Source of the DNA: the human T2T-CHM13v2.0 reference genome, Homo sapiens
Reading direction: 5' to 3' (one strand)
NCBI RefSeq assembly: GCF_009914755.1
Contig: NC_060947.1
DNA: 64,000 nucleotides
Part shown: positions 33,272-44,768 of the stretch, piece by piece
Layout of the letters: every line of letters begins with the position of its first letter
How positions within the stretch are numbered: the first letter of the stretch is position 1
The notes under the pieces: model-generated
Database searches by the model: none
What the model saw: only the letters and a program-made list of their open reading frames with translations
What the model was told of the DNA's origin: nothing
Translations under genes and position numbers: made by a program

Positions 33272-33405
33272 TAGGGTGCTTATATAATTTATTATTCAAA
33301 TGAGAAAACTTTTGAGAACAAAAGAGGTTATTGCTAACTGTTATGCTGGGAGAACTGGCATGAATTGGGGATTTATGCCAGGCAAACTGTATTACATGGT
33401 CTGTC
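33272..33405. mobile_element. MER94-like MITE (hAT-Blackjack)
   Basis: tagggtgcttatataatttattattcaaa...acttttgagaacaaaagagg...ggcaaactg...catggtc; length about 134 bp. Confidence 0.65.
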
Positions 33406-33689
33406 ACTTTGGGACAACATGGAGATTTGCCTCCCCACCACTTCTCCCAACCCTGTCCCTCTCCATCCACTCACACCCCAGCCTAAGAAAATGTTCTGTG
33501 AGACATATATAGCTCAGGGGATCTTTGAACATACTGATGTGTGTTCCTCTGCAGGGATTACTTAAAAAATAAAAATCCCCCTACTCATCTATCTTCAAAT
33601 CAGTCAAAACAAGGTTTTTCATTATGTTTCCATGTCTCCCTCCTCTGCTGTTGTATCCCTTTAACAGTCAGACTCTCAGACAAAAGATA

Positions 33690-34005
33690 AGATACCATGC
33701 TCTTTCTAAAATGTAAATCTAATCATATCACTCTACTCTGTAACACACTTCAGTGGGTTTCCATTACTATGGACTTTGTGATCCAGCCCCTGCCTCAAAT
33801 CCCACCATTCTCTACCTCCCTCCTATTGCCAATCGAGAATCTCTTTCTGTTCACAAAGTAGCATTCCAAAGACATAGAAATATTCATATTGTTATATCCT
33901 AGCTAGTAAGAAATGTACCTACACATGAAAATTGCCCCATCATCTAGCACGGTGCCTGACGTATAATTGGCATTTAATAAATGTTGAATAAAGGAATGAA
34001 TGAAG
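33690..34005 (+). mobile_element. L2 3' fragment
   Basis: Ends catctagcacggtgcctgacgtataattggcatttaataaatgttgaataaaggaatgaatgaa. Confidence 0.6.
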
Positions 34006-34860
34006 AGTTAAATGCCCTGAGAGAAATTTTATTTAAGGCAATCTATTTAAAATATGAATGAGTATATAGCAGCAATTATCCTCTTGATCTGCTTAGTTAA
34101 GAGTTAACTATATTGTTGGGCTCTTTTTTTTTTAGGCAAAGCATAGAGATATTGCTTTATAACATAACATTCCCCCCACTGTCTTAAGGACCTTTAATAT
34201 GCTTAAGGGAAGTTAATGTATTAATAATAGCCATTTCCTAGGGCCTAATTAGCCATATTTCAATCTTTGTAATTCCGTATGAGAAAAATATCCTCACAGA
34301 GTTCAAGTATCTGCGGCATACGTTTTGGCCTCTTATATATCTAGGGTGAAAAGCTAACCTGGTAAATATGCATTCCAGATGGCTTTCATCAGATAAATCT
34401 AGTGAATAAGAGGCCCACTGATAAAAATGGAAGTTATAAAAATTAATAAGAAAATGGATGTTGGAATAAAGACCTGGGATAACCATCACAGATCTCACAA
34501 TGATGCTTTACATTATAGCATGCAAAACACTTTTACAGACATTTTCTTCATTTAATTCTTGGAATTGTGGGGAGAGACTCTGTAAAGTAGGTAAGGCAAG
34601 GTAGTTGTTTTTATCCATGTTTCGCATATGATGAAACTAGCTTATGATATTTTGTTCGTTTATTTCAGCCAGTGTAACTAGGCTTCACTTATTTATGAGA
34701 CTTCAGAATGAATAATAATCATGTTATAGGGTGCCTGAAGAAATTAATGATATCTAAGGAATCGCAGTCCTTAGCATAACTTTGGTTTATTTAAAATGTG
34801 CTGATCTGTAAAACCAAACCACTAGGGTTTGAAGAAGACTGGCTGTATCTAAAGATTAGC

Positions 34861-35710
34861 AAGATAAAGATGAACAGACACTTCTCAAAAGAAGACATTT
34901 ATGCAGCCAAAAAACACATGAAAAAATGCTCACCATCACTGGCCATCAGAGAAATGCAAATCAAAACCACAATGAGATACCATCTCACACCAGTTAGAAT
35001 GGCAATCATTAAAAAGTCAGGAAACAACAGGTGCTGGAGAGGATGTGGAGAAATAGGAACACTTTTACACTGTTGGTGGGACTGTAAACTAGTTCAACCA
35101 TTGTGGAAGTCAGTGTGGCGATTCCTCAGGGATCTAGAACTAGAAATGCCATTTGACCCAGCAATCCCATTACTGGGTATATACCCAAAGGACTATAAAT
35201 CATGCTGCTATAAAGACACATGCACACGTATGTTTATTGCGGCACTATTCACAATAGCAAAGACTTGGAACCAACCCAAATGTCCAACAATGATAGACTG
35301 GATTAAGAAAATGTGGCACATATACACCATGGAATACTATGCAGCCATAAAAAATGATGAGTTCATGTCCTTTGTAGGGACATGGATGAAATTGGAAATC
35401 ATCATTCTCAGTAAACTATCGCAAGAACAAAAAACCAAACACCGCATATTCTCACTCATAGGTGGGAATTGAACAATGAGAACACATGGACACAGGAAGG
35501 GGAACATCACACTCTGGGGACTGTTGTGGGGTGGGGGGAGGGGGAAGGGATAGCTTTAGGAGATATACCTAATGCTAAATGACGAGTTAATGGGTGCAGC
35601 ACACCAGCATAGCACATGTATACATATGTAACTAACCTGCATGTTGTGCACATGTACCCTAAAACTTAAAGTATAATAATAATAAAATAAAAAAATAAAA
35701 AATAAAAAAA
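34861..35710 (+). mobile_element. Young 5'-truncated L1PA3-like element
   Basis: Uninterrupted ORF2p C-terminus [11 protein letters not shown]...[10 protein letters not shown] (stop 35470-72), 3'UTR and A-rich tail; TSD aaagattagc at 34851-60 and 35711-20. Confidence 0.97.
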
Positions 35711-36520
35711 AAAGATTAGCCAGGTCCTGTTGGCAACTTATTCTGAATACTTAATAGGCTCAATTGGAAGCTAGTGAGGTTTTAATCAGTTGTCCATTTA
35801 GGACCCCTCATCAGCACCAGTTCATAGGGCCTGTCTGAAATATTCTTAGGTAGCAGAGGTTGTACAGAAAGATCTTTGTGTTACTCTTCCCTCCTAAGCA
35901 CAAAACACCAAAATGAATAAATGAATAAATCAATAAATTATACACTCTAATCTTGACCTCAGTGCATAAAAGTTAAGTCGAGCTCTAGACCAGGTATAAT
36001 CACCTGGCACTTCAACAGTATTTGAATTACTGAATTGTCACCAAAATATATATCAAGTATTTTTTCACGTTTAAGACATTGTACAACATGCCATAGAGCT
36101 CAGGAGAAGATGAGGAACTTTGACAGTGACATTTTTTTAAGGTGCAAGTGGCATATTTGTGAGTTATGAGCCTTATTCTCTGTAGTCCTAATAATACATT
36201 TATCCCTCATAGAAAAAGGGTTTCATAAATCAGCCATGGCAATGTGCAATATTCTCAAATTCAGGTATGGAGATATATGTATAAATTTAGTATTCTCACT
36301 GGTTGTGCTGAAGTGTTGTTGAATGTGTGAGTGTGTATGTGTGTTTTCTCCAGATTCTGACTTTGATACAAACATTCAAAATCTTTAATAGACCCCCTTT
36401 TCAGGGTTAGCAAATCTTAGTAAATGTCTGTTGGCTCTACTCTTTAAGTCTATGATTCTTTTTTGCATCCATTTTAAAATTGGGATAACTGCTAGAAAAT
36501 AATTAGAACTAATGTACTAG

Positions 36521-37252
36521 CGTAATCAACCAATGAGTTCTTTCTGCCTGCTGCACAGACAAAATCAATTCACTAGGACTGCAGCAATGCAGTAAAGAAA
36601 GTTTAATTGACACAAGGCTGGCCACACGGGAGAAGAAGTTCTTGCTCAAATCAGTCCCCCTGAAGGCTCAGAGGTTAAGGTTTTTCAAGGATAATTTGGT
36701 GGGCAGGGAGCTAGGGAATGGGTGCTGCTGATTGGTTGGGAATGCAATCATAGGAGTGTGGAAAATGGTCCTCATGCACTGAGTCGTCTTCTGGGTGGGA
36801 GGCCACAAAAACAGTTGAGTCCTGAGTCATGATTCTACTTCTGGGTGGGATCAGTCATTTGCCAGAATGCAAAAGTCTGAAAAATATTTCAGAAGACCCA
36901 TGATAGGTTCTACAAAAGTGATATTATCTACAGGAGTAATTGGGGAAGTTACAAATCTTGTGACCTTCAGAACAATGGCTTGTTGTTGTTTAACCACACC
37001 TATATCTTAGCAGAATTCAGGTCCCTCTTATAAGCCTAACCTGTGGCCTTTTGTTAGTTTTACAAAGGTGGTTTAGTTTTGGGAAGGGCTGTTATCATCC
37101 TTGCTTTAAGGTTAATCTATAAACTAAATTACTTTCAAAGTTAGCTTCATCTACACCCAGGAATAACCAAAAGCAGCTTGGACATTAGAAGCAAGATTGA
37201 GTAAACTATGTCATATTTCTCTTACTGTCATAATTTTGTAAAGATGGTTTCC
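36521..37252 (-). mobile_element. LTR8A-like (ERV1) solo LTR
   Basis: cgtaatcaaccaatgagttctttctgcctgctgcacagacaaaatcaattcact...ctcaaatcagtccccctgaaggctcagagg...ttttgtaaagatggtttc; 732 bp; 4-bp TSD ctag at 36517-20 and 37253-56. Confidence 0.82.
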
Positions 37253-37319
37253 CTAGTTAAGAGAAATTTTCTAAGATTCTGGTGATCCCATGAAGACCTC
37301 AAATCAATAAATACTTTTG

Positions 37320-37470
37320 AGTGTAAAAAAATACATATTACTATGCTAGGCACTTTGACATATCTCTTCTCATTTAATGTACATGACTACACTCCGAGGG
37401 CATTATCAGCCTCCCTATTTCATAAGTGAGGAAACTGAGGCACAGATAATTAAAATGACCTATCTTAATC
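37320..37470 (-). mobile_element. MIR fragment
   Basis: ctatgctaggcact...ctcatttaat...gtgaggaaactgaggcacaga. Confidence 0.55.
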
Positions 37471-37989
37471 AAAGGTCTTTAACAAGTCATTGAATAATTT
37501 TCTTCTTTCCTAGAAAGTAAGTATAACCAGATTCACAGTTGATCATTTTAGCAATTGAGATGATGTTTGTGAAATGGCTTTGGATACTCTGAACTGTCAT
37601 GAGAAGTTTGTTTGTTGTCTAGTTTTACCAGTAGTGCTGGATTGCCTAATGGGCAGGCTAATCATGCATTTATGGCATTAGCAATGCAGCATATCTATAA
37701 GTCTTGGTGAATCTTTTTAAAGCATGAAAGTAGCCATTAGAAAAAGATCTTTTTGGATTTGCTAAAACTTATTTTATATTTTAGAGTTGTGTTTACTTTG
37801 AATTACCTGTTTGGGCATATGATCTTTTCAGAACTGAAGGCCTCTAAATGTCTTAATCTGGCTCCTTATTGCATTTTGAATGTTTGAGAACTCATTTATT
37901 CATTCAATCATTTACCATTTCTAAAATCTACAAAGAACTGACTTTTCCTTTCTTCTCATATTCTTAGAGAATCAGTCACCCTTCTTTGA

Positions 37990-38650
37990 GAGTCAACTGG
38001 CATTATATTAGTTTAGGCCCTCATTATCTCTTACTTGGGCCATTGTAGCAGCCTAGTAACTACTCTCCCATGTTCAGTCTTTCTCTTCTTCTAACCTATT
38101 TAATTGCTACTTATAAATTTACCTTACCAAAACTCTCCTTCTTTCATCAGGAACCTGTAAAGGATCTCTATTGTTTACCATATCAAGACCAACCCCTCTG
38201 CAGTATTTTCAAGATCTTCAAATACTGACTCCTATCCACCTATTTAGTCTCTTTTTCACTGTGTCCCTAGTCTTCTGTTCTGCTTAACCTGATTTTCTCA
38301 TTGTTTTCTACAGAAGCTATGCTCATTCCTACATCCAAGATTTTGCTCTTGGTATTGCTCTGACATGTGATGTTTTTTCTCCTTTTCTCCATGTATCCAA
38401 ATTTTCACCAACCACCAACATTCAGCTCAAGTTCTGAATCCTCTGTGAAGTCCTCTCTGCTACTTCAGGTGATGCTCAACTCTCCTTCCTCTGGTTACCC
38501 TATTATAATTGTGGCATATATTTTAGTAACTAATTGCCTTCTAATTATTTTATATGTGTTGGTTTTACCTCTGTAACCAAACTGTAACTCCCCAGAAAGT
38601 ATAGCAGAATACTACCTAGTAAATACTAAATAAATAAATATTTTTATTGG
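37990..38650 (+). mobile_element. L2 fragment
   Basis: tagtttaggccctcattatctcttacttgggccattgtagcagcct and later L2-like pyrimidine-rich body; boundaries approximate. Confidence 0.5.
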
Positions 38651-39344
38651 TTTATTAGCCAAGTAGTATAGAGACTCTATGAATTTTAAATTACCTAATG
38701 TGACTAAATGGAATTAGGAATAGTGATTAGAATGCTTTGTGTCTTTTTAAAATTCATAAATATATATATAGGCTTTATTCAAACACTCAGAGTTTGAAAC
38801 CGGAAACCACTTCTCAAACCAGTCTGCCCCCTCTGAGGCTGAAAGGGTTCTCACATATATCCTCATGGAGCCATCATAAAGAAAAAGAGATATTCTTAAT
38901 TTTTTTTAATTAAAAAAAAAGAAAAGAAGAGATATTCTTAAACTCATTTTAGAGATGAGTAGAGGCTGAGAAGAGTATAATGAGGAAGAGATGATTTATT
39001 TCGTAAGAAAGAAAGGTGAGAAACAAAGACATTCCAGATGTATAGAGCCCTGGAAAAGAGACATCATATATCTTCAGTACATTCAGTGTTGTATAAATAG
39101 TACAATATGGCTGGAACCTCAAGTTGATTCAAGGCAAGTGAATGTAGGGAAATAAAAGATGTGGTTTGAAAAAAATCTCAGTGTGTCCGAAATTGAGCTC
39201 ATCACATTTGTCATCCCCTTCCCAAATATTTTTATCTTCCTTCTCAGTGATTGTTCCACCACCCACCCAGTTTTTTAAGTCAAAAATTCAGATGTCATCC
39301 TTGACTTTCTCTTTTTTCTTCTCTTCTCTATACAGCCAAATGCT

Positions 39345-39512
39345 AGGTTCTGCTAAGTATGCATCTAAATTAACCTGGGAAATTGTTAGAAATGCAAATT
39401 CTAAAGTTCAACACCAGCTACTAAATCAGAAGCCCTGGGGTTGATGCCCAGCTCTCTGTTTTATCAAGTCCTCCAGGGGATTTTTTTGCATGAGAAAGTT
39501 TGAAAGCCATTG
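39345..39512. mobile_element. MER5A (hAT-Charlie)
   Basis: acctgggaaattgttagaaatgcaaattct...ctaaatcagaagccctgggg...aagtcctccaggggat...aagtttgaaagccattg. Confidence 0.7.
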
Positions 39513-39935
39513 CTGCTGGCAATGAGGAGTCATTGAGAGGCTTGAAGCAGGAAAATGACCTAGTAGAATATGCATTTTAGAAAGGTCATTCTGGTATTTG
39601 TATGGAAGATAGATGGTAAGGGAGCAAAATTAAAGGTAACAGAACTAGTTAGTAGAATACAAAAAATAAGATAATAAAAGACATAGAGGAAAAGATAAAT
39701 TTGTGAGGTATTAAAGAGCTAAAATTGATCAATTTATGTTACCATTCGGATGCACAGGGTAAAGAAGAGGGAGTGATAGGTGTCTGGTCTTGCACACTAA
39801 GTAAATATAATGATCAGGGTTTGGGGAACAATCATCAATGCCCCTTCCCTCCTTCCTTTTTTTAATAAAGTTGAGATGACTTTACGGTAATCAGGTATAA
39901 ATATTTTTTTAAACAGTTGTCTCCTTGAGTCTGGA

Positions 39936-40151
39936 CCTTGGGAGAGAGGTCAGGCTTATCGATAAGGATTTTGGAGTCAACAGTATACTAGCTGGTAATA
40001 GCTACTGTCTGAATGGATTAAATAACGTAAAAGACAAATCTTTTCCTCTATGTCTTTTATGTTATTTAATCCATTCAGACAGTAGCTATTACCAGCTAGT
40101 ATACTGTTGACTCCAAAATCCTTATCTACAGGCCTGACCTCTCTCCCAAGG
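39936..40151. repeat. Near-perfect inverted repeat: 101-bp arms, 14-nt spacer
   Basis: 39936-40036 is the reverse complement of 40051-40151 with 4 differences (39956, 39958, 39960, 40027). Confidence 0.97.
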
Positions 40152-40376
40152 AAGGAAGCATTTCAGGGTGAGAAGAGAACCAAGGATGAAGTCCTTGATA
40201 AGACCAATACTTAAGGGAGGTCTCCAGGGAATCCTGAGTAATGGTTAAAGAGTAAGGGAGAGAACCAGAAAATTGATATCATGCTGGTAGAGGAGGATAG
40301 AATTTCAATGAGACTAATAGTGTTGAATGCCGTAGATAGGTCAAGTAAGATAGCTAATTAGTTATATTAGTTAGTA

Positions 40377-40885
40377 CATAAGTTCCAAACCCCTGGGTCA
40401 TGTACCAGTATCAGAACCAGGCCACACAACAGGAGGTGAGTGACAGGTGAGTGAGCGAAGCTTCATCTGTATTTACAGCTGCTCCCCATCACTCATGTTA
40501 CTGCCTGAACTCTGCCTCCTGTCAGATCAGCAGCAGCATTAGATTTTCGTAGCAGCACAAACCCTATTGTGAACTGTACATGTGAGGGATCTAGGTTGCA
40601 TGCTCCTTATGAGAATCTAATGCCTGATGATCTGTCACTGTCTCCCATCACCCCCAGATGGGACCATCTACTTGCAGGAAAATAAGCTCAGGGATTCCAC
40701 TGATTCTACATTATGATGGGTTGTGTAATTATTTCATTACATATTATAATGTAATAATAATAGAAATAAACTACCTAATAAATGTAATACACTTGAGTCA
40801 TTCTGAAACCTGCCACCTCCCCAGTCCATAGAAAAACTGGCTTCCATGAAACCAGTTCCTTGTGCCAAAAAGGTTGGGGTCATTG
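40377..40885. mobile_element. MER1A (hAT-Charlie) DNA transposon
   Basis: gccacacaacaggaggtgagtg...gagggatctaggttgcatgctccttatgagaatctaatgcctgatgatctg...tgccaaaaaggttgggg; about 510 bp; degenerate 8-bp TSD agttagta/agttaggg. Confidence 0.85.
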
Positions 40886-42899
40886 AGTTAGGGGATCACT
40901 GTCTTTAGCAATTACAACTTCAAGGAAGTTTTGAGAACAGAAGGTGGCAGTACATTAAGGAGTAAATTGGAATAAATAAATGGAATTTTTAGCTATTACT
41001 AGTTTATGAAAGGAAGGAAAGAAAGAGGGAGTGACAGCTAGATTGAGACAAAACATCAATGGAATTTTCTTTTATTGACCAAGATAATTGTGTATGTTTA
41101 CAATCTGAAAGAAAAAGTGAATTGGGAAGAAAAATTTGAAGATACATAGAGAAACAGAGAACTTGATGGAATAAGATCTCAAAGAATAAGTGAGGGGATA
41201 AGATCCACAGCAGAGTAGGAGGTATTTGCTTTAAATATTGTATTTTTATTGTCTCTTAATGCATTGGCCTCTCCCAAGTAAATTGAGAACCCCTCAAATG
41301 AATAGACACAGTCTTTTTCAGTCCCTAGTTTAGGGCTCAAAAAATTTTTTGCTGAATGAATTAAGATCATTTCTTGATTTACTTTGATGCTTCTTCTCTC
41401 CCCCACTTACTCTTTTTTTTTCCCCAATTTTCCATCCTTAGCTCTCTTCTCTTGTCACTGTATTCAGTTGCTCCAGGAGATCTCAAAAATGCCTAAAGTT
41501 TCTTTTTCTGAGACAGGAGAGGTTGAGATGTGACTAGACCTTTTATACTCAGAGTAATGCTGAATCATTAATTATACCGTCCCTTCCTGTTTGCCTTCCC
41601 ATGGAGCCACACTAAGTAGAATTGGATTGGATTTGAGGGTTGTTTTCCAACATGCTGCAGACACTTGATATACAACCTTTTATTTTTTTATTTTTATTTT
41701 TGGCAGGCCCCTTCTTAACCCTACAACCTCAGAAACTTTCCATTTTTGTACCTGCTCAGTTCTTCCAGTAGAAAGTAACCCTTGATGCATAGCTTCTTGG
41801 ACTGGGAAGGTCATTAGAGTTTTTTGATGATGATTCCAAATGCAACAGAGTAGCTTGCCTGTTTCAATAGATTTTCCTTTGTTTTGACTTTGTTGACCTA
41901 TCATTTGCTGAATGATATAAGCAGCTTCACAATAAAAGAGGGTATATTATACACAGGTTGAAGCAGGGTAAGTATTTTTGTCCTGAGAGAAAAATCCGAT
42001 CTAAAGATATATTTGATTTTTTTTTGTGTGTGTGTATGTAATTAGGAATGACCATTTGAAGTAGAAGCAGAGATGTCTGAGAGCCCAATTTTCAAAGTAA
42101 TAATTTGCTATATTTATTTCAAAGTAAGGCTCTATGGCTAATTTTAGGAAAGGCCTTGGAAATGAACCAACATGCTTTAGGAAGATTCAGATGTTTAGTT
42201 TTAAACCTTTCCATACATGCTTTAAAACATTCTAATAGTTATCTGTGAAAGAAATGCATTTTAAATATAAGAAAAAAATGCTATTTCCTTTTCAGTGCCT
42301 TTCTACAGCAACTGAAAGTTAAATTAGAATGCCAGCTGTTATAAGGAGCATGTTAATCTTCCTCTAGGGCAAGACTGTTCTTCTGATCTTCTCCTGTTTT
42401 CTCTACAGTGCCCAACACAGTGCAGAGAAACCAGCGGAAACTTAGTCCATACTTGTTGACTTGACAGTTTACAGAAACATTTTGTCCTCTACAACCTCCT
42501 TCAGACTATCCCTGTCGACCCTATATTTAGAAAATGGGTTCTTGTCTAAGTCTGGAGACAAGGTTATATCTGTGGAACAGATGCTCATTATAGTTCACAT
42601 GCATATTGAACAAAAATTCAGAAAAGCAATGAGGTGAATTTTATAATCTTCAGAAATCCCCTTGAAAGGGCCACAAGAATAGGAAGCTGGTGCATATCAT
42701 CCTCATAATTTGTCTGCTCTCTAATTGGCACCACCAATGTTTTGGGTTCCAATTCATTGACCCATTTTTTTATTCCTCTGCTTTTTCAAAAAAATATATA
42801 AACTTTAAAAGACACTCTGTTACTATTTACTAATGCCACTTGACTGGTTACTTTTTGTACTTGTCCTTATAAGCAGTGTATAGGTCAAAATCAATGTAA

Positions 42900-43680
42900 A
42901 CATTACCTATACCTCTCAAGCAGTCTCTCCCCTTACCATCCCTATCCTTCTTAGAGGTCGCTTCCTTAATACTCCAAACATATGCTTCTCTCTATCATAG
43001 AACTGATCACCCTATATTGTAATTGCCTATTATGTTTGTCTGTGTCCCCCATATTGAACCACAGGCAGAAACTATCTTCCATTTTTGTATCTCCTGTACC
43101 TGACACAAAGTCTGGCATATAATAAAATATTCAATATATATTTGTTGGATGAATGAATGTATGATGCTCCAATATAGGCAAATTTGCCAGTCTACTTTTA
43201 AGGCCTTCATTAATCTGATGCTATTTTAATTTTTCAACTTCATTTATTTATGAGCACCTATTATGTTCCAAGCACTGTAGATATAATGGTAAAAAAATAG
43301 AAATTATCCCTACTTCTATAAAACTAATAGTTCAGTGGAGGAGGCAGACATATTATCACACAAATAAGTATAAAATTACACCTGTGGTGTCTTGAATGAG
43401 AGGTACACAGTGCTGTAAAGGCTAATAATGGGGCAGGGTGGGAAGTTTTCCTAATTTAGGAGGAAGTGATACTTAATCTGGGATCTGAAAGACAATTAGC
43501 ATTAGTTAAGTAGAAATCAAAAGAAAATATTCTGGGAAGTGAGAACAGTCTCCTGTGCAGTAGAATCCCAGGCAGCAGAAGGGAGAGATGAAGCTGGAGA
43601 AGTAAGCAGGTGCTAAATCGTGTATTACCTTACAAACCATGTTAATGAGCTTTTGTCTTTATTCTAAAAGCAACAGAAAA
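42900..43680. mobile_element. Two L2 3' fragments in opposite orientation
   Basis: Plus-strand end gtctggcatataataaaatattcaatatatatttgttggatgaatgaatg (to about 43160) and minus-strand end catttattttatgagcacctattatgttccaagcactg (from about 43240). Confidence 0.55.
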
Positions 43681-44380
43681 CATATCCTACAACATTCTTG
43701 GTCTTTCTGTTCTTTTTCAAAACCACAAATCTTAGTCTTTGTACTTCTAATCATACTATCCTCTACTTGTATTATAGTCACCACCCTTTTCCACTGATTC
43801 AAATCTTGTTTTTTGTTCAGGTATAGTTCAAGTCTTATGTCCTTCAAGATGACTCCTTTATTAGTTCAGTCTAGACAGAATAACCTTTCATATTGTATAG
43901 CACAAATTTATACTGTTTATATACTTATTGTGCGGGCTCTTATATCATCCTACCTTATACTTTTATGATGATTTCATACATGGCTTTTCACTCAAGAGAC
44001 TGTGTAATATTTGTTTTCTGAATCCCTCTTAAATATCCATAGCCCAGTACTTGATTCACACTGGATTCCCAAGATATACTGAGCCATGAAACTTGATATA
44101 AACCAAATCTTAGAATATATTAAGGGAAATACTTTGATCCTAATGCTGTTGGTGATGACACAAGTGCATGCATTTGAAAAATAAAAAATGCAGTTATATT
44201 ACCTGGTTTTATTGGCTACATCATAGCAACTACTTCACTAAGTTAACTTGTCTTTTCACTGCACTTATCAATCTGCATTTTACTCATTCAATAAAAATAT
44301 ACTGAATGTAGATTTTGAAGCAGCTACCGTGTAAGTAAGGACTGGGAATTAAAAACTGAATACAATATGGTCTTGACTAT

Positions 44381-44768
44381 TATCTTACTCTGTTTTGTGC
44401 TGCTATAACAGAATATCTGAGACTGGGCAATTTATAATGAACAGAAATGTATTGGCTCACAATTCTGGAGGCTGGAAATCTGATACTGAGGTACCACCAG
44501 GTTTGGTAATTCTGATTCCAACATGGTGCCTTCAGCACTGTGTCCTCCAGAGGGGAGGAACAATTAATATTCACATGGCAGAAGGCAGAAGATCAAAGAG
44601 ATAAGAAGAGGACAAACTCATTCCTTTATAATGGCGTTAATCTCACTCATGAGGGTGAAACCTTCATAGCCTAATCACATCTTGAAGGTCCCACACTTTC
44701 ATATTGTTAAAATTGTAATTACATTCCAGTATGAGTTTTGGAGGGGCTGAACATTCAAAATATAGCAA
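44381..44768 (-). mobile_element. MaLR solo LTR (MSTD/MLT1A-like)
   Basis: tgtgctgctataacagaatatctgagactgggcaatttataatgaacagaaat...ggctcacaattctggaggctgg...atgagttttggagggg...tatagca. Confidence 0.8.

Larger units (their letters stand above)
39513..41180 (-). mobile_element. Ancient L2 body, interrupted by an inverted duplication and MER1A
   Basis: ggcaatgaggagtcattgagaggcttgaagcagg...gcattttagaaaggtcattctgg; gagaggtcaggct...ttggagtcaacag; gttgaatgccgtagataggtcaagtaagat. Confidence 0.6.
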
